Source: Owenia fusiformis (Eukaryota). From it: a stretch of DNA of 64,000 bases. Positions 26,601-38,603 of this stretch are shown here, piece by piece; position 1 is the first letter of the stretch; each line of letters starts with the position of its first letter. Both the position numbers and the translations under genes were made by a program. Location: positions 19,840,001-19,904,000 of the forward strand of contig CAIIXF020000001.1 in the NCBI GenBank assembly GCA_903813345.2. Reading direction: 5' to 3'. Below the pieces are notes generated by a model. The model made no database searches, was not told the DNA's origin, and saw nothing but the letters and a program-made list of their open reading frames with translations.

Positions 26601-29600
26601 AAGTCATGGTGTTGAAGAAAAAATAGGTTGAGAGGCTTACAAACAAAAAATACACAGAATTAGAATAGGGGATTTTGTAAGGTGTAGATAAAATTAACAC
26701 AAATCCATTTTCATGTCACCGTCACTTTTTTGTGGTAGCACTTGATGTTTGGCAGTTAGTGTTCAGCATTTGGCGTTTGTAACAAATGGCTGATGGTGAC
26801 ATTTTGCATGTGAATACCTTGTTCATTCATTGCATGCAATCTACTTTAAACACTTTTGATAATGAGGAATGATGGCCTAAATATGAATCAAACATACACT
26901 GTGTCGACTTGTTATTCCAGGCTCTGTTCATTCAAGTAAGGATGACCCCAATCAGAGAGACAAATACAATAAACTAATGGCAATGAAAAAGTACCACAAA
27001 AGACATGGTAGAGTAAGTACACAGGGCCTTTATTAATTATTATCTCAAACAGGAAAATAAATAAGCTAACAACCAATGTCAAAAACTGTATGTGAAATTT
27101 GGAGCATATTTTGGTAGGTTCTAAAGCAAGACCAATTCATATGCCCACCTCGTGAAAAAAGCCAGTCTTCTGAAAAAAGGCAAATGTATGAGCCAGGACC
27201 AATTGTGTAACTTACAAGCATAAAACCCATTATTTATATCCTTGTCCCTTGGTTGCTATATTGTGATCAGTTTGCCATATGAATGGTCTTGCATTCACTT
27301 AATTTGTCTATGTATTTCCAGGCAAACCATTTGATGAATTGATTTCAAATTTTCAGGAATGATTCTTTGTTTGAAAATCTCAAATGGAGCAGTTTTTGGG
27401 CATTCTGGGTATTGTTAAGGTGGTTATTTTGGATTTTTTTATCCTAAATTCTTGCCTGTAAAGTCTTGTCTGCATGTTTCAAACCTAACTCTTTAAATTT
27501 TAAGGGATGTTTGTTGGTATGAAAGTTTAGAACTGGTCATTTTGGGTGAATGTTAAGGAGAACTTTCTGTCCTTAAAACTCTCTATTCAAGGGTGCGATA
27601 CTGTTCACTCTGTGTCTTGTTTCTAAATATATTAATACCATTTTAGGAAGCTTTGCTGCATCGCCAGTCTAAACAAAGACGCATGGCAGAAGGTGCTAAC
27701 TACAAACATCCGTCCTATTCTAAGTGTATACACATGACAGATGGTATCAAGTGTTTACAGAGGGTTGTGCCACTTTCTAAATTTTGCCAACAACGTATCC
27801 TTTTGAAAATGGAGCACAGTAGTTGTTCTACCACAATTTGTCGGTTGATGAGATCATTGTGTTTGTTTTAAGAAGCCTCTCAACCAAGTGCATTACTCTT
27901 CAATCAGGCTTTTCGAATATGAATTGTTTTAACAGCATGGAACTTTTTCAGGTTCCCAGACATTTATCCCCTTATTTGTAAAAATGTAAAACCACTAGAA
28001 AAATGAGGAAAATAAAGAAAAATGTCACTTCTCAGATCAGGTTAAACTGGGAACATTTTCAAGGATAGAATTATTGTTCAAATGCATTGAATGAAAAATA
28101 CTTTGAATGAAGTTATCTGCTAAGATGCTAAGGAAAACCAACAAAAATTCGGGGTATTTTAAATGAGTTATCTAAAGATGTTTTGGCAAAAATATTATCA
28201 GAATTTAGAAATTGCTAAGGAAAACCAACAAAAATTCAGGGTATTTTAAATGAGTTATCTAAAGATGTTTTGGCAAAAATATTATCAGAATTTAGAAATT
28301 GCTAAGGAAAACCAACAAAAATTCAGGGTATTTTAAATGAGTTATCTAAAGATGTTTTGGCAAAAATATTATCAGAATTTAGAAATTGCTAAGGAAAACC
28401 AACAAAAATTCAGGGTATTTTAAATGAGTTATCTAAAGATGTTTTGTCAAAAATATTATCAGAATTTAGAAATTGCTAAGGAAAACCAACAAAAATTCAG
28501 GGTATTTTAAATGAGTTATCTAAAGATGTTTTGGCAAAAATATTATCAGAATTTAGAAATTGCTTCCTTAACTAGGCCAGATATTTTGGAAGACCCCCAT
28601 CAGGTGTTATTCCAAGCATGTGGATATGGTCAGATGACCTGTGCTAAGCCTGTGGCATCATGTGGAGAGGAGCAGCCACGTTGTATGCTCCACGTCCCTC
28701 TACAAGAGTACAGGTCAAGACTGCCAATTAAAGATGAAGAGCCTGATATGGTAAGAATACTATTGAGTATTTTGCATCTTATTTTCAAATAAGGCCTCTT
28801 TTAGAGAAAATTGGCAATAAAGAGGTTGACTCAAATTTTGAAAAATGAACCCAGGAGTCCTTCTTGTTTACTTTTAGGTCTAGCCTGATATTCTGAGTAT
28901 TCTCATTTGTTTGATAAAACTTAGACTATGAGTAATTCGCGAAGAAAATACAATTATTATCCTGATATCGGCCATCCTAATCAAAACATTTGTCTACTTC
29001 ATCAGTTTCTTATTCCATTTCGATGAATTCCTGTTGAATGAAGTATTATTTTTCAAAACTCATACCCAAGGAACTTTTCTTGTGAAATAATAATTCGGCC
29101 CCTCAAAAAACCTGCACCTGTATGTATTTGTGTGACTTTCAGTTGGATGATGTTAAAGACATGATGCTCCAGCAAATAGATGTTGTAACTGAAGACAATA
29201 AACCAATATTTGAAGACCAAGATGATGAACCTCTCTCTCACCTCCTGAACCTGGATAGGCATGACCTTATGAACTCTAGTCAAGTGGTGAGTAGATTAAA
29301 AAACCGCACTAAGAGATATTACCTCTCATGCATACCACTTTAATTTCAACAGATACAAACATTTTATTGTTTGAATGCATGTCCATTTGTTCCTAAGTGA
29401 TATGATCAACAACTATATTTTACCAATAAGCGATGATGATGGCACTAATCATAAACTTTTATAAAACAGTACATCTTTTCTTTAAAATAAGCTATGTTAC
29501 AAAGGAAAGTATTGTTCCCCTGTTCATATTTTATTTCTTATGTTTTTAACACAGTTTATTTTTCTTTCAGGCAAACCTGCCTGATATTCCAGTCTCAATG

Positions 29601-29681
29601 AACATAGGCCAACAATCTCTTCCTGCAAATAACTCTACCAATTCCTCTGGACAGACATTTGAGAGACAGATATCTCACTGA
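23631..29681 (+). CDS. KANSL2: KAT8 regulatory NSL complex subunit 2
   Basis: Coding exons 23631-23860, 25136-25320, 25822-25936, 26380-26543, 26921-27012, 27647-27794, 28581-28750, 29143-29286 and 29571-29681 (TGA), all with consistent phase. Diagnostic peptides: [80 protein letters not shown] and EALLHRQ. The last two exons are supported only by splice signals and frame. AATAAA at 30179. Confidence 0.93.
23885..24639. mobile_element. Foldback MITE with TTAA TSD and GG...CC ends (Kolobok-like)
   Basis: ttaa|ggtctcatggaagttaacaggaaatgacaaaacaggaagtg ... cacttcctgttttgtcatttcctgttaacttccatgagacc|ttaa; each arm is ~325 bp. Confidence 0.88.
27795..28580 (+). other. U12-type (minor) GT-AG intron of KANSL2
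   Basis: Consensus GTATCCTTT donor and TTCCTTAAC branch site (28564-28572) before CAG; splicing gives FCQQH-ILED in frame. Confidence 0.93.
28127..28564. repeat. 5 x 87-bp near-perfect tandem repeat
   Basis: Units start with gctaagg at 28127, 28214, 28301, 28388 and 28475; a partial gct follows at 28562. Confidence 0.97.
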
Positions 29682-30817
29682 TTCTAACTTGTAGTCCAAT
29701 GGCTGAAACCTGTCCATGTTGTTAGTCACAATTCTAACACGTCTTTGACTGTTAAGAAGGCAAATTCTCTTTGAGCCATTTAGAATATTTCTCATTGATT
29801 ACTCTAGTCTAACAAGGACATTTCTGTATATTTCAAGTGGCGACTGCATAAAATGTCATTTAACTTCAGGCTAGAGTAAGTTATTTCTGTTGTTTCTGAT
29901 TCCTGCATGCACATTCTGCTAGTATTTTTGATATATATGCCACCCACATTGACAAAAATTAAAATGATTTTTTTGATACTATAAAGCTCACAATTAGTAT
30001 AGTGGTGTATTTATCTGGACATTGTTTTTATATATTATCAAAAATTAAATGCCACAACCGGTCATCAATTTGAAAAATGGCAAGAAACAGAGCAGATAGT
30101 TAACTTATTCTGGCCTTATTTGTTTGTGTTTGAACAATCATTCTGCAAAAGTGAAAGTTGAAAATTATGAATTTTTGAAATAAAATATTAAAAACAAGAT
30201 TTGTATTAGAAGTTTAGTGTTATATTTTCTGAATTTGATCTTACATAGAAATTCATCATTCCCTCAAAACCAGCTAGATTTACTATAACATCATGGAAAA
30301 TATCAAAACCTTTGTTATGGTATGGCTTGTTAAATACAGGGTATAACTTAACCCATTTTTGAAATGTACAAAATATAAAACATTTGCAGTTGTTCATCTA
30401 GTTCTTCGTCAAAATTGCACAAAAACCTTATTTGCACTTTTCAAAATATTTTGGTTGGTTAATTTTGATTTTGGTTGATGCTGCATGGTGAACCCATGTG
30501 ATGCTCTACATAACCAGCCACATCAATTTATATCCCATTGTCTCTCAGGGGAGAAGCACATAAGCCAATAATATATATCAAAACAGTCATCTCACATGCT
30601 TTTAAGCAAAGTAGGCACTTTCAAAACCCATTTCACCTACTTTAAAATGAGAAAAATTGACTTAGTTTGTCCCAACTTTGGGAAAATGGGAATTTTGCAC
30701 TCACCAAAAAATCCCATACTAATGTTTAATATGAAGATGAGGTGCACAGAATGTTTTCGTATGAGACGGTCCTTATTGATACTTCAGATTAACATTGTTC
30801 AAACTGGTGACATGATA

Positions 30818-33800
30818 TCAATCATCTTTTCTATTTATAGTCTCAGTTGAGAGGCATGGTTCCTTGGCTGCTGGTGTGTCAAACCTTATTTCTCTGAGCA
30901 TTTGTAATATCTCATCACATTTCTGTTGGGTGATTTTTCCAAACTTAACATATATCTCTAAGGCTTCTTGTAAAGAAAGCAGTCTGAAAGGGAATAAAAT
31001 AAACTTGATGTATGTTTTAAGACATATAATACAGGGTGTTAAAAAAAACGCAACCCAAAGAAATCGCTATATCTTGAAAAATACTGGTTCAATTATGTTC
31101 ATATTTTCAGGAAATAAAGAAGAGACTGTGTATGAACAGCTCCTGTAAATGATTAGTTGTAAAACATGATGCCTTGGACACCTGCTCAAAAGACAGTTGT
31201 ACGAGGAAAATACGAAAAACGCAGTCAGGGGTGACAGCAACCACGAAAAAATTAAATAACTTCCTAACCATAGTGTTTTGGCTCTTCAAATTTGGCACAA
31301 ATCATCTTCATTCATTGTATGGTAAATCTGAAGAGTGAAATCAAAATCACTTCAGGGACTTTACAGTTATGGTTGAAATGCTTTCAAATCGCAGTCAAAC
31401 GCCCTGGTTCATGGAGACTTAAGAAGCCATTTTGACCATGACTGTAAAATCCCTGGAGTGATTTTGATGAAACTCCACAAATTCACTACACATTGAATGA
31501 GGATAATTTGTGCCAAATCTGAAGTGCCAAAACACCATGGTTAGAACGTTATTTGGTTTTATTGCTGTGGCAGTCACCTCTGACTGCGTTTTCATATTTT
31601 CCTAGTACAACTGTCATTTGAGCAGGTGTCCAAGGCATCATGTTTTATAACTTACTGACAACAGAAGCTATAGAAACACAGTCTCTTCTTTCTTTTCCTG
31701 AAAAAATGAACATAATTGAATTAATATTTTCCAAGATATAGTGATTTTCCATTCACGTTATTCATATTTTGCTAGTTCAACTGTCTTTTGAAAAAGTGTC
31801 CAAGATATCATGTTTTACAACTAACTAACAACAGGGGCTATACATACACAGTCTCTTCTTTCTTTCCTAAAAATATGAACATAATTGGATTAGTATTTTC
31901 CAAGATATTGCGATTTCTTTGGGTTGCGTTTTTTTTAACACCCTGTACATTGTATGTATGACTGAAATCAGAGAAGGTTTCATTGCTGCGTGTGGGACAT
32001 ATTATGGCACTGGGCAAACTGGTGCAACTTATCCCAACTTTCCCGTGTGTCAGTTTTGACATGTATGGCATGCAAAGGCTCACGAACATGTAAAATGAAG
32101 CGAGTATAGTGAATTTCTTGGTCCATTTTCTTGGGTGAAACTCTTAAGTCACACTGGTTTATATTTAGCTTAGATAGGTATGTAATACTCACGAGTATAT
32201 ATTTACATTGAGTTCATTTAGTACCCGTTCTCGCCCCCCTTGGTTCCTATCAAAGAAGCAAAATGCCCCAGTAACTTCAAGACCTTCATTTCGAAAATAC
32301 TGAAATAAAGAATACGACTTCATTAGTTTACATTCTTCTAGACTTTCCTTAAGCATGTCTTTTTATTGTTTGATAGGAAATAGACAATTAAGGTATATAT
32401 TTGTATATATATTGTATATTTATTTAATAAATAGTACACTAAAATTTCGTAAAATACGAACAATAACACAGGCCACCATCGACCTACGGTATAAGACACT
32501 GGCATGTGAAAATTCAATATTCATTAATTAAAAGTCTGTAAAATAATCTAAAAATAACATATTCTCTTAATTTTAACATCTGACCACAGGCTCTGGCAAC
32601 GTGTAGGTATCAGGTATCAATTAGAGGACTTTTAGGATATATCCTGTTGTTGTCCCCATCTTCAAATCATACAGTATCTGATTACATTGCTAAGACATCA
32701 ATTTTGTTTAAAATACATGTACAAAGGACATGAAGGAGAAGTGGCAAATCTAAGTTAAGTACTTTTTCGTGTGTTATTAATCAAGTGCGGTATAGCAGGC
32801 TTTTTGCATCCTCAGATGTAATAGTACAACTACCCACTACCCAGTAGTGAAACTGTGAACTGCATTGATCAAATTACTTCAATTACAAAAGAACTAATTA
32901 AAATGCCTAATAATAAATGTATATATAGAATATGTATATTAATAAACTCTTATGCTGATCAGTCTACTTGAGGCAAAATCACTTACAGGAATGTTTTTAA
33001 TAAAAGTCCCCCCTGTCATAAGAACATCGTCTATAAGAATGACTTTGTCTCCTGACTTATAGATGCCTTCCATCATTTTCTTGGTACCATAGTTCTTCTG
33101 TTCTTGCCTCTTCAGTAGCATTGGAATGTCTTTCTTTGTTGAGATGTACTGGAAGCAAAATAATTCTTCATTTTCATAACATCTTATTGTTACATTTCAG
33201 GCCAGCAGCCCAATTGGGTGGGTGTCAGGGGGTGCGAGCGACCCCCTCCCACAGCCAAAAATTGTTGTATGGGGCTTTGCTTCCATAAAATGTGTATATT
33301 CAATTTAAAATGTGTAACGTATTCAATTTTAATAATAAGCTACAATAAATCAATCTACTTGAATTGAATTTTGTAATATTGATGAAAAACTTTTGAAATG
33401 AAATTGCATTTGAGAGCATGAATAGATATATACAGGGTGTCAAATAAGTCCCGTCCCCCCTGCTACAGCTAACACGTTAATAGATGGTACCTAGTGTGAT
33501 ATACCATTGGAAAGAGCATCCAAAGTTATGTTAACTCAACAACTGTCAAGTATTTTGGATGAAATTCACCTATATTTTCATGATGTCCTTTATAGTTACT
33601 GTACCCTCCTTAAGCAGCTTTCATTGCGTCAAAATGAGAAGGATATGACCTCAGAAATACATCAAAAAGTTAATCTTTTTCGCATTCAACTTGAAACAAA
33701 AAGGTTTTCACCATCTAACCATATCCAGAAATTGGATGAATTCATTACCATATACATATGTAGTCATCTTTAGGTCCTTTGACTTTTCTCATACCCAATT

Positions 33801-36800
33801 CTTAAAATCCTGCCAAATGCACCAAATTGCCATGTTTCTAGGCCTATGGTCACCTCAATTGATATAATGTAAAAATTTGAGATTGATTGACATGTGTCAG
33901 ATATCCGCCAATCAACGTAACTTTGGAAGACCTTTCTAATGATATATCACACTTGGTACCATATAACTTGGTCTTGGCTGTAGAGGGGGGACGGGACTTA
34001 TTTGACACCCTGTACATTTTAGTCATATTGACATGCCGTGTCTTGGAACCATACTTACACTAGCTATAGGTATACCTTGGTATGGTATGCCACATATATG
34101 ATCATATTTCACTTCTCTTCTTTCCATTTCAGCTATCATCATTTTCGACACAATTTTCTACAACAAAAACAAAACATGACAAGTCTGCCATCGGCTGATA
34201 ACCATATATCTCACGTTTTCCGAATAGAAATATCATGGGACTTGATATTAACAATTTTATAGCTTGAGAAAATAACATGGGATTTCAAATTCCCATTGCA
34301 GTCACATGGTATTATTAGGAACACTTTCTTATACTAGTATGACAAAAATTAGAAAAAGTCAGTGACCTAATTATTTTGTACTTTTAAAAAGTAGGTCACT
34401 GAATTTTCTCATTTTTAAACATTTTTTAATATTATTCTCTTCTCTCTTTTCTTTTTCTTAGTTTATGAGTATATGTGCACTTTTGAGTAGACTAGAGCAA
34501 AACTGAGAGATGTAGACTGCCCTTTGCATTCGTTTGACTTCACTTCTTAAAACAGAGCTTCGTCTTCAGTAGTTTATAACTAGACTCTGCGCGCAGGGTA
34601 GATGTAGACCGTACATGGAATGAGTTACAGGGTGGTCAAAAAATGGAAACCCTGCATTTTCCTTATATCTTTGTCACTTTAAAAAATTACTCCCTGATAT
34701 TTCACACATGTGTACATCATTTAGTTTCCTACCATCCTACCATATTTCATGACGATCAGACTGATAGTCACAATTTTACAGCACTTTGAATAACATGCTT
34801 CAGATTTGGCCATTATCGCGCTGTGGCAAAACAGCACAGTTGTCAATGACCCGAATGCATTCCTCAGCAGGTATGGCCTGAATGACACAAATAATCTCAC
34901 TTTTGAGGTTTGCAATTGTCCTGAGGTCATTCTTATACACTCTATCTCTGCCATATCCACACAGGTAGGGACATTTTAGACGATGAGTATAGGTTTCCCC
35001 ACAAAGCAATAGTGGCCACTAGGCATGTTCTTTAAAGTACTGTAACATTGTGGCTATCAATCTGATGGTCATGAAATAAAGTAGGCTGGTAGCAAATTGA
35101 ATTATGTACAAAAGTGTAAAATATCAGGGAGTTATTTTTTAAAATGACAAAGATATGAGGAAAATGGTATTAGGGTTTCCATTTTTTTGACCACCCTGTA
35201 TGTGACCTAAAAATGACACATGACTCCAATGAGGATTGCATAAAGATTTCAAACGCACACACTTACTTTCAAATATCTGAACACACAGAGTTATCAAGAA
35301 TTTTATTACTGCATCTACAGGCCTCTATATTCAGGGCAGTTCAACAAGTTAAACCCAATATCCGGCTTAATTTTACCCTGCGTGTAGAGTCTAGTTAAAC
35401 TACAAAGACGAAGCTCTCTTTTAAGAAGTGAAGTCAAACGACTTTGTAGGGTAGCTTAATGTATTATTCTGAATTCTGCTGGGGCCGGTTGGGCAGTCTG
35501 TTGGGCGACCTAAGAAATGACGGATAATAAATTAGGCCCAGACTATGTTTAACTTGTTGAACGACGGTATCCAGGGGAGTCATTCATATTATAATTTGGA
35601 AGGGGTATATATAGTGATAGGTTCATGTTTAATGTACGTCTTTTTGTTGTATGCCCTTTTTATCAAAACACTTTAACCTCGTGTCCTTGGCAATCATAAA
35701 AGAACTAGAAATGGCACCTCCACGGAGTAGCATATCACAATGAACAAAATAAATTATTCATATATGTCCCGATATATATTTACAATCCACTGTTTATGGC
35801 CTAGTCACATAGCCCGGCCGATGTCCGGCATCGGTAGAGCTCGGTGGATTTTTTTGGTGCCACCGAGCTCTCCTCATCGGAAGCAGAGCTCGGTGACGTG
35901 AACGGACTCCGTCCGGACATCTTCAGGCGACCGACCGAACACCGGCCGGTGACCGTACGGAGTCTGTCTCAAAATGGTAGTTTTTTTCTGCCGATGTGGC
36001 AGCAACTACCGGCCGGAGGTCGGCCGGACATCGGAAGGAATACGGCCGGTACCCGAGCAGGTAACAGGACACCGTGCGATCGCCGGCCGGGTTGTTAACG
36101 GGCTTTGAACAGTGACCGGCCGATGCTCTGTCCCACATCGGCCGGAGCTCGGTCGGAGCTCGGCCGCTGTCCGTTAAAAAACCTCGTCCTCTGGTTGTCT
36201 CAGATGCACGGGACACCGGCCGATACTCGGCCGTGCACCGGCCGACGTGTTTTCCGATGTGGTTACGATGGGGCTGCGATGACATGATGAGGGAGCTCGG
36301 TGAGAGCCCGGTGAAATTTAACTCCGAAGTTAAAATTTCACCGAGCTACCACCGATGCGGTTTTAAGCAACAAACGCCACGGATGTCCGGCCGGTGTCCG
36401 GCCGGTGTCCGGCCGGTGTTCGGCCGAGTTCGGTGAAAATTGCATCGCTGGCTCATCGTAACCTCATCGGCCGGGCTATGTGACTAGGCCATTAAACCCT
36501 CGATTAGCACATAAAAACCCATACATTGTAAAATCATTGTATTGGATTTTCTGTTCCACTGGTGCCTGATTTATTTTCCAAACAGATGGACGGAGGCTTT
36601 ACTTGTCTTTATCCCTCCCTACCAAACTTTGTTTGTTGGGGTAGTAAATTATAGCAAGGTGACTGTTGTTCAGGTATTGACTTAACACACAAAACAGGCC
36701 CGTAGACCGACCCCCCCCCCGACCCCTCCCACAAAAATTCTTTCAAAATCATGCAGTTTTCACCATTTTGAGCATTTCTCAAGTGATTTTAGACATATTT

Positions 36801-37197
36801 GGACCAAAATTTGCAAATGTAAACCCCCCTGGAACTTTTTGAAAACTAAACAACCCCCCTTGGCAAATCCTGGCAATAAGCAATCAAAGGACCAGGCAGT
36901 AATTTAGTAATTTAGGGAGTTTCACTACAGCATCACAATACAATCCCAGGCTACGCACCAAGCCATGAGCAATCTAGTGTATACAAAAGCTTCTAAATCA
37001 CTTTGGATTGATGGTCAATTGAATTTTTTTTAGGTTTCATCAATTTCACTTACCACTAATTTAGGGTAAGACCATATCACTCTCATGTCAATATAAATGG
37101 GCGAATGTTCCCCTGTTCTCATGACAAAGTCTCCGAATTTTATACCACCTACGTCCATAAACTCCAGTAAAAACGTGTCTATATCTTGAATTTCCAT
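30818..37197 (-). CDS. Stand-alone orotate phosphoribosyltransferase-like protein (homolog of the UMPS N-terminal domain), ~225 aa
   Basis: Exons 37197-37054, 34157-34059, 33148-32987, 32299-32193 and 30983-30818 (TGA) are GT-AG with consistent phase. Motifs IKFGDFVMRTGEHSPIYIDMR, ICGIPYQGIPIA, KRQEQKNYGTKKMMEG, PRPP-binding VILIDDVLMTGGT and DRNQGG. Confidence 0.9.
31032..31945. mobile_element. Tc1/mariner-type MITE with long TIRs
   Basis: ta|cagggtgttaaaaaaaacgcaacccaaagaaatcgc ... gcgatttctttgggttgcgttttttttaacaccctg|ta; the right arm has a duplicated subterminal block. Confidence 0.9.
33433..34012. mobile_element. Tc1/mariner-type MITE
   Basis: ta|cagggtgtcaaataagtcccgtcccccc ... ggggggacgggacttatttgacaccctg|ta. 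Confidence 0.9.
34518..34600. mobile_element. 83-bp miniature element with 9-bp TSD (family of 22711-23074)
   Basis: TSD gatgtagac at 34509-34517 and 34601-34609; the sequence is the two ends of the 22711 copy joined together. Confidence 0.85.
34628..35198 (-). mobile_element. Tc1/mariner-superfamily deletion derivative with transposase C-terminal remnant
   Basis: ta|cagggtggtcaaaaaatggaaaccct ... agggtttccatttttttgaccaccctg|ta. The minus strand reads YLCGYGRDRVYKNDLRTIANLKSEI...IPAEECIRVIDN, similar to the FLWGYLKxxVY..P.TI..LK tail of these transposases. Confidence 0.85.
35374..35453. mobile_element. 80-bp miniature element with 9-bp TSD, inverted relative to the 34518 copy
   Basis: Reverse complement of the 34518 copy; flanks gcttaattt / gcttaatgt (8/9). 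Confidence 0.8.
35797..36491. mobile_element. GC-rich PIF/Harbinger-type MITE
   Basis: tta|tggcctagtcacatagcccggccgatg ... catcggccgggctatgtgactaggcca|tta: perfect 27-bp TIR and 3-bp TTA TSD. Confidence 0.9.
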
Positions 37198-38603
37198 TTT
37201 CAAATCAAGGAGGGCTCCTTGTAGATCTTCTAGTGAATGAATGGTCGGTTGTTCTGAGGCACTCCTAGCCACGGTCAGCACAGGCTATCTCCTATAAACC
37301 TATCATTATTGCAGGTATATAGGATGAACTGTAGTGCTGACTGACTGTGCCCCTAGCAATGTGATCGAGCTATTTAACACGTGGTTAGATGCTTCTTATA
37401 GCAGGTGCATTGGTTGCTAACTTAGGGAGGGTAAGTCACACGTTTTTAAGAGAACCCGTGTGTGTGAGTGTGTAATATTTTGACTCCCGGGTATCACTAT
37501 CCTGCCCTCAATTCACTGATCTTATTACAATTATTTTCCGTATACCTTTATATTTTATATCAGCCAGTAGACAGTAGAAATGGGAGAACAAATCCACAGA
37601 GGAACAAAAACGTGTATCTTAACTTCCCTTGCACTGAAACGGAATGTACTAAAACCCCTTCGACCTACACCTTAGACCAGTCCTGTTTTTATAGTTAATG
37701 AATATATACTAGTTGAGTTTGAAGATATCGGGAAAGTTGTTATTATAAGAGAGGTTAGCTACACGTTTTTTCTCTTAATAACGTGTAGCTTAACCTCCCT
37801 ATTAGCTCCCTGTATAAACCGTTGGATAGGGGGCAATTATTCTTTAGGGACAGGGATGATGTAGATGATTTTGAAAAAAAGATTGGCCAATTTGAAGCAA
37901 GTTGAAATAAAAACTTTTTGACCTTTATAAAACTTTTTTGACCTTAAAAAGGTCATTAAAAGGGTCATCTAAAGTCAGATTTGAACTTCTGATAACTTGT
38001 AGATGATTTTTTAAAAAAAGTTGGAAAAATAACTTTTTGACCTTTTTAGCCTTTTTTGACCTTGAAAAGGTCATTGAATGTCAAATCTTAAATGCAAAGT
38101 CAGATTTGAACTTCTGAAAAATGTAGATGACTTGGAAAAACTGGATTGAAGAGGGTATTATATATATTTCAGATGTTGGACAGGATAGGGAAATGTTAAC
38201 ATATGATAACATTGTCCAGAAAATAGAGAGAAATGGCCGAACAATTCTTCAATATAATGCACGACTTAAAGTATGTTTAGCACAAGATCTCCTTATCAAA
38301 TATGAAATAGAAACACCTTGTACAATATTATTTTAAAGGCATTGAGAGCCATCTTTTAAACACAGGCATTGTGAGAACAAAAATTGCTTTAGAAAGAAAG
38401 TGTGACATAAAAATATTAAATGTTGAGATTCTAAAATGATAAAGTCTGGTCTCATTTCTTTGAATGTACAACCGATACTACCCTTTTGGTAATTCAATGG
38501 AAAATCTTACATGGTATTTACCCTCAAAATATTTATTTGAAGAAATGAAACATAGAAAACTCTGACATCTGTAACTTTTATAACTCACATGTAAAATATG
38601 ACA

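Noticed and set aside
35455-35512. GC-rich segment after a minus-strand TTTCTTAG acceptor as an extra OPRT exon
   Set aside because: It has an in-frame stop and no donor, and the protein is complete without it.
35844-36436. Overlapping ORFs in the GC-rich segment
   Set aside because: They arise from low stop-codon frequency inside a MITE and show no domain similarity.
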